This document shows, one piece after another, positions 25,220-38,019 of a stretch of DNA of 64,000 bases; position 1 is the first letter of the stretch; every line of letters starts with the position of its first letter. A program made the translations under genes and the position numbers. The notes beneath the pieces were generated by a model. The model saw only the letters and a program-made list of their open reading frames with translations, was not told where the DNA came from and searched no databases. This stretch comes from Ramazzottius varieornatus (lineage: Eukaryota > Animalia > Tardigrada): the NCBI GenBank assembly GCA_001949185.1, contig BDGG01000013.1, forward strand, positions 879,226 to 943,225, read 5' to 3'.

Positions 25220-27830
25220 TCTCCAAAAAAAAACAAAAACGCAAGCCAATTTGCAAAAGCATAAAGAGGCCCGGTAGAACCAGACCCCAAAACAACGAAA
25301 CAATACAAATCCCCTAAAAATCTCGGTTATTGACATCGACGATAGAATAGATCTCCTCCAAACCTCTATGACTAGAAAAGGTTCCGAAAACAGAGGCAGC
25401 ATTACCACGTTGAATATATATACTAAGCTTTTGCTTCAAAAACGAGAGGGATCTTGTTTCGCCGGTGGCTTCTGCTATTCTTTTGCCTATCTGCTGGATA
25501 AGACTGGATGCTTCGTTCCCGAAAGGACCGAAAGTTTCGAACGCTACTGGACAGAACAGGTAACGACCATCCAGCTCGCGGTACTTGTGTCTCTTGATCT
25601 CTTCCGCCTTGTTGGCGGCATAACCAAGCTGCCCAGCTGATCCTCGCAGGTATTTTTCTGCAAAAGTGTCAACACAGGTTACATCCCAGACAAGAGCCTT
25701 ACCTTGTTGCCACGGGATGAGCGTCAGTCCGTCAAGTCGTTTCTGGTCGTCCCTGAGGATCCCGTTGGGCTCAAGGACGTTCGAGACTTTACAGCTGATG
25801 AGGGCACGGTGGAGGGAGTCATTGAGAGCGGAATGTCTAGAATGACGTCCGGCACTCAACTGACAAGACAAGCCGTGGCGCCCCAGCTCGTCGACAAGTT
25901 TTTTGCAACGACAAACAAGCGTTTAGTCATGATCTCAGCTTGTTGGCTCTTTTTCTCTAGGACCGGAGGGATCGCTTCGGGGAAGACTGGAGCTCCAAGT
26001 AGCGTTAGGGTCTCCTTGTCCGGAAATATTACGCCAGGGCAGAGGAGCTTCATTTTCTGGCGTGTAACTTGCTGTTGGGTAGGAGTACCTCCACAGACAA
26101 CAAACTCACATTTGGACGTATTGAGTTCGATGCCCAGAGAAGCGCCGATCTCCACAATGGTCTGGAAGTCCCTACTTACCAGTTCGAAGTCTCCACCAAG
26201 CGTGGCATTGTCAAGATACCATACATTGAAGGACGACTGAAGCGACTTGGACAGGTTCCGGGTCAGAAGACAGAACAACAATGGCCCTAGGAGGTCTCCG
26301 TGTTGAACCCCCCCCCCCCCCCCAACCCCCCCGGGGCCAAAGNNNNNNNNNNNNNNNNNNNNNNNNNNNNNNNNNNNNNNNNNNNNNNNNNNCCCCCCCC
26401 CCCCCCACCCCCCCCGGGCCGAAGGGATGACGTGCTCGCCGTAGATGAGATTTGTTGGCGATCTGTACATCTGAAAAATAAAAGGATAAATCTCGGGAAG
26501 GAACTTCTGGGCCTCCTCGAGTAGCCTGTCTCTGTGAACGGAATTGAAAGCATTCCTGAAGCCCAGTTTCAGCAAAGTTTGGCAGCCTAGTGGAAGGTAC
26601 TGCTGCTTCAGCGCCGCCTCTAGTGCCATAGCCGAGCTGTTGGGGTCGTACAAGCTTGCCTGTGGCTTCCATCACTCGTTTACTGACGATCTTTCCCGCT
26701 AAACGCCGAAGAGTGTTACCGACCGCAATGGGCCTTATTCACCCTGTCTTCTTCAGTGGAGCGATCAGCGAGGCACCATACAAGGCAGGGCAGACATCTT
26801 CTGGTACTTTGCCATCCAGCATCAAGCCGGCCAAGTCGGCAAGTGCTTGCGCCAGCTGTATCGACATAGGATCCCTCAGACCCCCTAGCAAGTCTTCCAG
26901 GTGCTGAAGGCGAAGACCATCAGGACCCCCAGCTGAGTCACAGGGGAAACTGCTTACAGCTGACATTAATTCCTCCGTGGTGACTGGTGGCGATGGAGGA
27001 CCAGAGCACTCTTTCGAGGGGAAATAGGCATCTTAATGTTCGGGGGGATGCTTTTTTCGCAGCTCTTCCAGAGTTGACATAGGGGCTATCACATCTTCAG
27101 AGACGAGGACCCTAACGGCACCGCTGATATCGTCGCCGTTCAACTTCAGCTCCACTCTTCTCTTCATCTGCGAGTCTTCGTCGATCGAGTTCTTCCTCTG
27201 CTTTGTATTATTGGTTTGCGTTTTCGCAGTAGTATCCACCGCTGCAGCTGGCCTAGTGATGTTTTCTTTGAGAGTGGTAAAATACTTCTTCTTAGAGAAC
27301 GGCTCTGGGAGTTTGAAAGCAACCGAGGGGAAAGTAAGTAGTTTCACATCATTCTTCCTAACACACTCTCTCAAAATATCGAGGAGGGCCGAAGATGCAG
27401 GTATTCTCGCGCCACGTGGTATTCTTTTGATAGTCGGGACAGATCGTTTGACAGGATTGACGGATCGGTTTTCGTCGTCAGCTGCTGAGGACTGGCTAAG
27501 GATGACTGTTTGATCACGTAGCTTTCTCTGGGCTTCTTGGCATGGTCTTTTTCCTCGATGCTTAGTTAGGAAACCTTCTGAGGCAGCTAAGAAGCCACAC
27601 AAGTCTCACTTTCCTTGAGATGCCATCGTGCTACAAAGAAACATACAGCAAGCAAAATATGCTCCACAAAATATCTGTCAGGCGAGGTGCGTAGGAAGCA
27701 ACCTACGTGCGATCCGGGGGAACGCGTACGTTCACCCCGGAGTCATCGTCAAAAGGCCTGAGGGAGCAACTCGTTCCTAGTAGGTCGTTTCTAGTAGGGA
27801 AGTTGAGGCGAGCGTGAAGAATAATTGTGT
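25220..27830 (-). mobile_element. CRE-clade non-LTR retrotransposon (RT plus restriction-like endonuclease), degenerate
   Basis: SAGGPDGLRLQHL, RPIAVGNTLRRL, QLGYG..GGAEAAV, FRNAFNSV, GVQHGDLLGPLLFCL, WYLDN; REL domain RHSALND...RLDGLTLIPWQQGKALVWDVTC...AFETFG...IQRGNA. Multiple frameshifts. Confidence 0.88.
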
Positions 27831-28744
27831 TGCGTTTTCGACAATCCGTGCTTGTGTAGGTGGTTGATTGTTGAAACACCTGAAAACTTCAAGGGACCAA
27901 TACTGTCCAGAAGAGAACCAATACTCATGTTACTTATTACATTCTAGACCTGCTCGAATTGATGACACTGCGGGCGACTTGAATGTCAACTCGGAGGACA
28001 ACTGGGGTAAGAAAGGAACTCGCGATGAAGATGGACGAATGGAGGAGGAACCCGAGGATGCAGAAGGAGATTCCGACCCGGAAGAAGACGAAATAAAACC
28101 GGAAGAAGCAGGAGGTTTCGATGAGGTGGCGAATGAAGACCAGGATGACGAGGACCAGCCAGGAGAAGACCATACGTAATTGTCACGCACACACTGAAGC
28201 AGAAACACCAGCAGAACGGAGTACAACGAAGCGAAGACTATCAGGAAGAATGAGCAGACAGACAGCGACAGTAGCAGGCAGTCAGGCGAGACGAGCGATG
28301 AAGGAGATGACGGGACGACTCAAAACTTCACTCTGACTTTCACCGCGTCCATTTTCTTTCTCCTAGTCATATACCACAACGAAAAAATAATCCAAAAGCC
28401 TGGGCATGTGGACCCAAAGATGGGAGAAAGCAGCTGTTTTGTTTTCTGCAGCTGTTTTGAAAAGATGATCTAAAGCTTCGTCTCCTGTCCAATACTACAG
28501 TCCTGCAACGAACAGGTTTGCATCAGCTTCAGTCGTATTGGCTACACAATCAACTTTCACTTTGGTTTGACGGTACGCGCTGACTCCGTAAATCAGCCAT
28601 TATTGACCCATCAACCAGCTTTTCCACTTACAAGATCACCCTTCGTCATTCCCAGCCTAGAAGCTTCGATCTGCAAACAACTCAGGTCTTGCGGGGTTAA
28701 TTATGAGGGCAAAAGGTGGCCTAGATAAAGGACAAGAAAAATTA

Positions 28745-28898
28745 CTGTAGTGCTACCAAATTATCGCGCACTCAACTACGTGAACAGTAAATGATGCCCA
28801 GGTGAGAGCCAGCGAGGCTAAACTGATAAAATCTGATCACACTGGGCAGCGATGACTCATCACGTGGTTCAGTGCGCGATAATTTGGTAGCACTACAG
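28745..28898. mobile_element. MITE, TA TSD, in an intron of the guanylyl cyclase pseudogene
   Basis: TIR ctgtagtgctaccaaattatcgcgcact / agtgcgcgataatttggtagcactacag, flanked by TA. Confidence 0.82.
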
Positions 28899-30780
28899 TA
28901 CCATCAATTGCCGCAAACAAATCGGTGTCGTCGGAATCAAGAAAACTAGAAGCGGAACCTCCATCATATTAGCTCACAAAGCACTGTTCGTAGTTACTGT
29001 GCACTTCGTACATCGCTACTACGAGCTTACTTCGGCTGCAGTTTTTGAGTCCACCAAGGTAGTTCGCAAACGCTCGGTACTTCGCCGAATCGAACTGGAC
29101 TTACTGTAACAGACTTGTGAAGCCATCCTACATTCCCAGAATGATGTATTACGGAAGAGATTGGTGTATCTGGGATTACTGAAATCCGTCATAGGTCGGA
29201 AGCTCACCTGATCAGAAAAGGCAGATCAAGCTCTAGGAAAGAATCTCATTAATACATTCTCAAGAAAAATTCAAGAAAGGCACGATGTACGCTCACCTCG
29301 TGAAAGGTCTCCCAGAGCGAGTACCTGATTCGTGCATTCTAAAGAAACGGGGAAGTTGAAATCCCAGCGCCAGCATATCTTATGGTTCCTGATAACATTA
29401 CAGTACCTGGACTGGCGAGAATAATGTAGACATTCTTCCTATCCACAGCGGCAGAATGTCGCAGATAAAAGTCGGCAAAACATTCGCCGACATGGTCGCC
29501 ACCGTCTTGGCATAAGTCATATCCAGGGAGATAGAGCGGTAAGTGGGTGATGTTGCCCAGCATCTCCGGGTACTGTTTGCGAATCATTCCTATAGCCACC
29601 GTATACACCGGCGCAGCAACGTAGAACCCATACAGCGGATTTGCGCCAACATGAACGGTCAAAAGAATCACTTGTTCAGTTCCATTCGCGAAAAAACCAC
29701 CAACATCGATACATAACAAAAGCTCCATAAATACAATTCTGACACACCCATGATTGAAACAGTACAGCCATACGGTGGCTAGTCGGGTTTCAGCAGACCC
29801 TCAGACGAAGAATGACATTGAGAAAGCGCGGGTATACGGTAGAGTGATGTGGTTATCTATCCAGGAAGGATACAGTATGCATCACAGGTTAATTTACGCA
29901 AAGTATCTCCATTAGGGTCGGCACGGAGGGAGAGTCAAGAGACTGCACTTGTGTTCCTCCATTGTAACGAACGTTCCACTTTCCACCTGGGGGATGTTAC
30001 ATTGTGCTTTCAAATCCGACCTGCGCTTGAGGTCATGATAAATTACGTGAAGTGGACGAGAAGCACTTCAGGGTGAAACGATCGCTTTGGCGGAAATGAA
30101 GGTTTAGTGAGTCTGCTGGCGGCATACTGCGTGTCTTCTGCTGCCACTCCTGTTATATTTTTTCTGTCCTCAAAACAGTTTTCGGGAGTGGATATGAATA
30201 ACCAAGGCAAACGTTCCACTTCCTGGTAAAAGTACATGCCGATCAATGGGCAACGGTTAAGTGCAGCAGGATGACTATGCGAGATGTACAAAAGTGGGTG
30301 CAAGGTCATCCATGAGAGGGAAGGATGTTATCCAGACTATCGTCTATCGTCCTGGGAATGACTGAGTACCTATTAATCTTGAGTGATCATCGGGGAAGGG
30401 GGACTGTCGCGTCATCCGGAACGCAGTCATAACCGGAGGACTGGGTCAGGACCTCCCAATGTTCTGCATGTATCAAGGGATGAAATTCTCGTCCAGACAG
30501 GTGTACTGAATACGTCACGAAATCAGAACCTGGCGGCCCCAAGTCCCTGGTTCAAGTTCGCCGCTTGCGCTGTCAGCTTGCAAAAGCTCAAGATTTACCA
30601 ACGACGCAGCCTCCCATGCGTAGTCTAAAAAACACTAGGGACTACCACATAAAAGTACTTGCTGCGTGTAGTATCGAAGTTTGAGTTGCAACACCACCTT
30701 TTTCATTCTATTACTTATTAATAACCCCCTTCCTGCACCGTTTCGTAAAGCGCACATGTTGTTTATGAGGTTTGATAAAT

Positions 30781-31268
30781 GGGTTTCGGCAGCCCAATTT
30801 TTGGCACATTATTTTTGGTACCAAATGATCCTTTTCTGACATGAAATTTGAGAGAATATTCAGGGGCATCGAATGGTAGCTTTGCCGTACCTCGCCATGC
30901 TCAAAGTCTCACAAAACTGTTCGCCTTTTTGGGATGAGATTGCAGGAAACTTCAGGGGCGATTAACCTCCAAAACACCCCAGCTTGGGAGTTTGGTGTCA
31001 GAACGATTGTATGTGTACTCTTACACTATATGACGTCATTCTGACGTCAGAATTTTTCGGACAAGAGTACTAACCCCTTTGGATGTTCCTGACGTGGCCG
31101 TTCGACAACTGGTCGGAGATCGAATCTGACTTCAAATTTGTGCTCCTCGATGTCTGTTTCGCGTTACCCCATCAGCATTTACAGAAAGCCCGTGGCTGCC
31201 AAAACTTCAAAACTGTTTCCTGAACAATCGCTATAGTCAATGTGCCAAAAACTGGGCTGCCGAAACCC
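30781..31268. mobile_element. Non-autonomous DNA transposon, GGG termini, 4-bp TSD (Sola2-like)
   Basis: TIR gggtttcggcagcccaatttttggcacatt / aatgtgccaaaaactgggctgccgaaaccc; AAAT at 30777-30780 and 31269-31272. Confidence 0.75.
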
Positions 31269-31439
31269 AAATGGCGACTAAGGTTTTCGAGAATCCCCAG
31301 CTGGTGCGTGAAAGACTTGCGCACTCGGTTCGAAGCGGTCTTAAAGGTGGTATTTACCATAAAGGATGAAGATGACTAGCGTTACCGCTTATCGGTGTAC
31401 CTTATGAATGTTATACGTCCTCTTTATTTCTGGGCGCTT

Positions 31440-33370
31440 CGCGTCAGGTAACGGAGAGGATATCCCGGATTGTGTCAGGAGGAGTACGAGGTCCTCGTGC
31501 GCAGATTTCGTGCGAAACCTGGTCCCGAACGGGAATCTTCAGCTCTAGCTCGTCTTGCACCATCACGGGAGGAATCCCCCAATGCACATCAAGGAGGTAT
31601 AGTGCAGATCGTTTGATCAATGATACGCGTGCTGGATTTTATAAAGTCATACTTCAAAGCGCGATTGGTTAATGGATTTCGTCTGTTTCTCCGGAAAGAA
31701 ACGATACCGTACTGTTACATATCACTCTCACGACTTTACTCTTTCCAGTTGACGGTGTTAATCGTTCCCCTCCTTAACATTTTTTTATTGACAAAATTCT
31801 TTTATCTTTAATGTCTTCTGTCATGTTCATTTATTATCTGTAAGACAGGTATTAGAAAATAAGCAAAGCTTATTTGCGGTTAACTGGAGCAACTTCTCCT
31901 TCTCCGAGTTTCCTTCTCATATTTCCCCTCGTACGTACTCGTTGTGAACTTTCGAGTTATCCTTTCTTGACCATGGCCATCGATGACCAAGTCATCTCTC
32001 GAGGATCTGGAATAACCATTCGCACTGCAGCACCGCGAGACGTGGAAAAGCTTAACCAGCTCGCGGAAAGGCTCATTCAGTACGGGGATGCGGTCGTCCT
32101 TCAGAAGTACCCGACGTTCAGGAAGATGCCATTTCCGACGCCTCTTCAAACTATTACGAAAATGTCTCAGACGAAGATGTTGTCCTTGCTATCCCTGATA
32201 GCTCCCCGAGTAAAGAGAAGCGTGCTCGACCTGACGACGGCCCTGCCACTATGAACAAGTTGTTGGATCAGTAACTGGAATTCCAAAAGGAAGCGGGGGA
32301 GCTACAGAGAGCTCAAGACCTCAAAGCTGAAAGAATTCGAGTACTCGCTTCCATCAGAGAGTCCCAACCTTCGACTTCACAAGCCGCAACCCAGCGCCAT
32401 TCCCTTTCCAATGTCTACGGCGGCGTCAAAGGCAAGTCCACCTTACAACCAGTCACTTCCCCTCTCGTTGTCTTCCCAGCTATCATCCCACCAGCGTTAT
32501 TATGGTCGCTGTACCCTCCTCGACTGCAGATGCTACCAGCCGTTGCAAAGACCTGGAAGAACATGTCCACTTGGGTGACTTACTACCTTACAATCGCGAT
32601 CTTGATCAGTCAATCCACCATCGCCGTTTTTCCTCCAATAGTCACCGAGAAGAAATCAAGAATATTATCGAATGGATCCGAGCTTTCATCGTGTTCGTCG
32701 CGTATCGTCAGTCGGAGATCCCACAGTTCTGTCTGGTGTTCCTGAATTACATAGACCTGATCACCAGCATGGCGGAACGTAATGAACCTTGGCTAATTTA
32801 TGACGAGAATTTCTTTCGCTAGGCCATTTCCAAGCCGCTTCATACTGCTATCTGGTGCAAAGTAGACAAGAGATCGTACTGAAGTGCCAAGCCCCGGCTG
32901 CCCGTGTCCGACCTTCTAGGCATTCGTTCGACCAGTAACCCCATTCCTCGAGGTTCGTGCTTCTCCTGTGGCGAGCCGAACTAGACAAGGGACCATCGCT
33001 GCAAACGCTCTTCTACCAGCCTTTCGGGCAGGAGCGGCTGCCGCAGCCGCGCCTGGTGAAGTCTGTTACAACTGGAACAGGTAATTTTCTCTTAACGGAG
33101 ATACCCCGTCATTACGTCTGCTCCCAATGTTATGCCAATGGTCTCCGCGTCACCATCCATAATCTCAAGAATCATCCCAAAGTACAGTATAAAGTCCCAA
33201 CTCACGAGCCCAACCGTAATTCTGTCAATGGAGATAAAAACTCCACTCAAGCCTAATATTTTCGGTCATTATCTCTCTCTTCATCCTAATCCCATATTCG
33301 CAAACAGTGTCATGGATATTCTTTTGCATGGCGCCGATATTGGTTATTGTGGTCCGCGCACTGCTCGGAA
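31440..33370 (+). mobile_element. DIRS/Ngaro-type retrotransposon 5' fragment (gag-like ORF plus RT N-terminus)
   Basis: EIKNIIEWIRAFIVF...LNYIDLITSMA...WLIYDENFFR, CFSCG knuckle, CYNWN; overlapping-frame TPLKPNIFGHYLSLHPNPIFANSVMDILLHGADIGYCGP typical of the RT start. Truncated. Confidence 0.72.
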
Positions 33371-34716
33371 TGGAAGGAGCTTTGTTCACCGGTTGACTGA
33401 TGGAAAAGCTGGCAAGTCTGTTACGTGATCGAATAGCCTAGAGCGTCTCCTGCGTGAAGGCGATTGAAATTTCTGGAATCGGACGTCGGGTTTGGAAAAT
33501 ATGGGAATTACAAACGAAAACCATGGGGTGGCGATGCCCCGTGACAGTGACTGTAAGCTAGATTACCCATAACCGCAGACTGTGCCATAACACTGGCTCA
33601 TTTTTGTCAATCCGGCTTTTACCTGCTTCTCCGCATGATTTTGTTCTATTTGGCATATTGTAGTTCGAAAAATCATAGTTCGTACCGCGTTGGCTGGCAG
33701 AGCATCCGCGGAAGGAATCTTTGATACCCACAGTTAGATTCGGTCGTAAGAATTTCTGCACAACACTACTACTGTATTGAGAATGCATCCCTTCCCGTGG
33801 TCACGTGGTCTCATAGCATCAATCAATAGTGGCCAACGTCGCCTGACCACCTGAAGGGATGCATTTTTAGCACTGGACGTCAGGGCAACAGGAGCGCCAT
33901 CTATCAGTCTACCGCCTGAGTCGGTACTGGGTGCGCCCCTGTGGGGTCCAAAGAGTTCTGTCCAAGTGCTGTCATTACAGCGTTTAGGTGCCTGTAAAGG
34001 TCTTTGGCTTGGCTTCGATGCTCTATGTAAACGCACGAAGAGAAAGTCTGGACCGGTAAAAACAATCTGGACCAAGCGAAAACGACGGCACCGTGAGATC
34101 CAACCGTAGAAAATTGTCCGAAAGTGCATTCGGTTTCACGCAGTTCTCGACAATTTTCTACGGTTGAATTTGGCGTTGCCGTCGATTTCGTGTAGTCCGG
34201 AATTTTTCTTCGTGCGTGTACCTGAACGAACGAAGGCAGGACACTCATCTTTGTGCGCTCATTGGTCGTTCAGCAGACTTCGAGTACAAAGTTAATGAAC
34301 GTTGGGGAAAGGAGGGCGCTCCGGTTGCATTTTTGCGAGCACATGGTGGGGGAACTGGTTTGGGGCCGTTCCAGTAACTAATCCAGGTATGTAAGGACAG
34401 GCAATCTGATCAATGTTGGCTGTCTACGTTGATCATGGGGTTATCTAATCGGTCAAGTTCATACGTGAACTTCTTACTTTGGATTGCTGATACGGCATTT
34501 CTTACTGCAAATCAGCATGCTAGACCATACCGAAGTTGCACCACCAAACTCTTAGGAAGTCAGCTGATCTGGTGATTACATTCTAATACCTTTCTGCATG
34601 GTTTCCCCTTCAGTATTTTTGGGTTGTGGTTTGAAAATTCTCAGCTTCGGGACTTGGGCTGTCTATTGTATCCAGCTTGCTGCACCGATAGTTTCTGTTG
34701 GTCTATACGTTGGAAA

Positions 34717-37211
34717 ATGCTGCTGTGGATTGCCAGTATTCTTGCTGGCCTGATTGGCTATTCCGTCTAGTAAGCGGGAATGCGTGTCTAGGAAGTCATC
34801 GAGAAACCGAAATTAGTCTTAAATTATCGTGCATCTGTGCTAATAAAAGAAATTTGCAGGGTTTTTTTCTGTTTTTCTTTCCAGTCAGTCAATCAAGAGA
34901 TATGAATACTGGCAAAAGCGAGGCGTAGCAGGACCTCGTCCAGTTCCTATTGTGAACCAGTTTCTCGACTTCAGCTGGGTAATTTAGAGAGGAGCATTTG
35001 TATCTCCGTCTAAAACTGATCTTTCGGTTTCACTTGGCCTATTTTGATCAATGAATGATTTTATTCGTGTAGAAAGGCATGGGGAAGTTCGACGTGGGTC
35101 TCATCAAAAAATTCGGTAGAGTATGCGGATATTATGACACAGGACCTATCCTGCTGGTTTCGGATCCGGAAATGCTGAAAGATATCATGGTCAAGGACTT
35201 TTCCGTCTTCGCTAACCGCCGAGTAAGTTACCTGATCAAATTCCCATCGAACTCCCATCGATCTGACTATGCACCACGTGCTGTCAGGACTTCGATCTGA
35301 ACGGCCCCATCATGGATCTTAGCGTGAGCGTCCTTCGGGATCAGCACTGGAAGGTGACTTTCTCTTCAAACAACATTAGACGGAATTAGACGGAATCGAA
35401 ACCACCGCGGATAGCAATTTCGTTTTCCTAGCACGTTCGAAACGTCCTGGTTCCGGCATTTAGTTCGGGCAAAATGAGGCAGGTTAGTATTGATAGGACA
35501 TTGATGAAAGAGAAAGCCTCCGAGGGACGATGTTTGGGTTTTGGGTAGATGGAACATCTCATCACTGATTGCTGTGAGACAATGGTGGCTCATCTGGACA
35601 AAGTGGTTAAGGATGGTGAGGACCTCGACGTCAAAGAGTAAGTAACTTTTTCTTCCATTTATCGATAGGCAGGTTGCAATGGGATTCGGACTCTTGTACC
35701 TTTCTTCTCGCAGGTACTTCAAGCGAATAACCATGGACGTGATCTCCTCGACCTTTTTCGGCACCAAGACTGATACACAAAGCAACCCGAATAGCCCCTT
35801 TGTGAAGAATGCTCTCAAAATCTTTGATATTTCGATCTTCAACCCCGCTTTCCTTGTGGTCTGTAGGTGTCAATCTTTAGAACTTCATTTTCGGCAGAAG
35901 TACAGTACACTGTATTCTTAAATCTGACTTTTCTGTTGTGTAGTCCTTGCTCCTCGGTTTGCTCCGTTCGCCAAAAAAATGAAGATGCAGTTGACTCCCC
36001 GTCGTCCCTTGGAGCACATTGTCTTGGTGATGAAGGAGATCCTGGAGATGCGGAAGAGCTCAGGACAGGTAAGAGAGAAAAAACGATCGAGACAGTGCCT
36101 CTTGTAGATTTGCTGCGATCTTCGATCGGGAGGTTTGCAGGTACGCCGTGACTTTTTGCAAATGATGGTCAAAGCCATGGATCAGAATGACAGCACCAAA
36201 AGACCGGCGAAAGACTACGAAGAAGATGGCCCAGATGTCCTTTCTGATGCCCTGTCGGTTGGACCTTCGTCTCAACCCCAAGCAAACCATCAGGAGCATC
36301 GAATCAACCGCGCTTTAACGCCTGACGTACGAAAACCTAGCGTTATCTCACTTGACACTTAAATCAGCACTCACCATGAGTTCTGTATTGTAGGAAGTCA
36401 TGGCCCAATCAGTCGTTTTCTTGCTCGCAGGCTTCGAGGTACATTCCGTCTGTCGTTCTTTGTGCTGGCAAGACCGACGAAATCTAGTATGCAGTGATTT
36501 CAGACTACGGCAAATACACTTACTTTCATGACGTACCTTCTGTCCATACACCCCGAAATTCAGGAACGCCTCCGCAAAGAAATCCAGCAAGTTATTGGCA
36601 GAGATGTCCAGCCAACCTACGACCTCATCGCGCAAATTCCTTATCTGGATCAGTGCATCAACGAAACCCTCAGACTATACCCTCCAGCCACCCGCGCAGA
36701 ACGAGAGTGTAGTGAGGACTGGACCTGGAAGAACTTGACCATCGAGAAAGGCACGACCATCGGCATCCCCATCTACGGCCTGCACCACGATCCTGAATTC
36801 TGGCCCGAGCCCGATTGCTACAACCCCGACCGCTTCTCCGAAGAGAACAAGCACAAGATTATTCCGTTTACCTTCTTACCTTTTGGCCAAGGACCACGAA
36901 ACTGCGTTGGCATGAGGTATGATGACAGCGAGTTTCCTGTTGAGTTACTCATACCAGTCTTGTTTTGGTCTTCCAGGTTTGCCATTTATGAAATCAAGAT
37001 GGTGATGGTTAGTATCCTTCTAAAGTATCGGATTGTGTCATCGCCCCGCACGGTAGGTGTAACTGTGTAGGGGTTCAAAAAGGAGGTTGCTCACTGAACC
37101 GTCAGTAGCCCGTTTAAATTTTTCTCTTTCAAGGTGACGCCGGTGCTGAAGGACTGGGGTCTTGTCACCCCGAAGGACCCATTGTGGGTCAAGCTGGAAG
37201 AGTTCAGTTAA
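34717..37211 (+). CDS. Cytochrome P450 (clan 3, CYP3A-like), copy 3
   Basis: ATG 34717 MLLWIASILAGLIGYS; AGFE|TTANTL, ETLR, YNPDRF, FGQGPRNCVG; TAA at 37209-37211. Confidence 0.93.
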
Positions 37212-38019
37212 GCTCTGCAGAAAGAATTGAAGAACTTAAGTCCAGAAAACCGAAGCCCACGGTGGCGTGAGATTGATCATTGGACTTTCGCCCGTTGTTC
37301 GTGAAAAATGCGAAACATTTCGCATGATCTTACGATCATCATCAGTGAAAGATATCAAACAGATTCTCATACTATAATACTGTACTCGCGTTCCGCAAGT
37401 ATTTGCCTTTTTTAGTGAATTCTTCCAGGTACCAGTATGAGTCTCAGAGATGATGCGCACATATACAGTGGCATCAAGAACAATGAAGGGATAAACCGGT
37501 ACGAGGTAGCCGGAATGGAGATATCCACGGAGCACTGTTTTGTAGACTTGATTGTTTGATCATAGTACGTCAAATAGGCTCTCTGACATTACTTCCGACC
37601 CACCTTCCTTCCAAGCCAGTTATCTCGTCAGCTCTGCCACCTCTGAGCTTTTGATTTGTTCTAGAAGAATGGAGACAAGTTTTTCTTGATTTAATCTAGT
37701 TTGATGCAGTATGTGTTGAGATCAGGCCTGGATATCTCCATGCCGGCTACCTCCTATTGGCATATTTCCACAGGCAGTTCGTACTTCGTCCTCTGACATC
37801 CCTGGAGCTGCGCAATCAACTATCTTATCAGTTGCACTCCCAGGCTTGCGATTACAACCAGCGGGTTTTCTCTGTTACTCCATGAAACATTTCACAAACA
37901 CCATGATCCCAGAAACCGCTATTGCACACTCGTGTCTGCCATTGAAGGCACCAGCTGTTGCTGTAGGTTCTTTCCTTGCGTAGTGCAATCAGTTCAGATC
38001 GATTGTGGACCCGCAAAGA

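Larger units (their letters stand above)
22650..29751 (-). pseudogene. Receptor guanylyl cyclase (ANF-receptor-type) pseudogene interrupted by insertions
   Basis: Extracellular exons (29339-29728; GMTKGDL|VFVSVQ; WYWVNRNSPPPDRPPYGF), TM segment ~24170-24230, kinase-homology DVYAVGVVLYEIL, coiled coil with stops, cyclase EPEYSDSVTIMLCDF...FDVGKIETAGGAF. Contains stops, frameshifts and loss of the GDAY catalytic Asp. Confidence 0.8.

Noticed and set aside
26307-26420. Poly-C tracts giving poly-Gly/Pro in several ORFs
   Set aside because: The same sequence is repeated on both sides of an N gap, so it is an assembly artefact at a homopolymer in the RT gene.
30430-30480. gaggactggg followed by a hairpin, resembling the ribozyme P1'/P4
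   Set aside because: No complementary P1 5' strand, P3/L3 or C-N-R-A junction was found.
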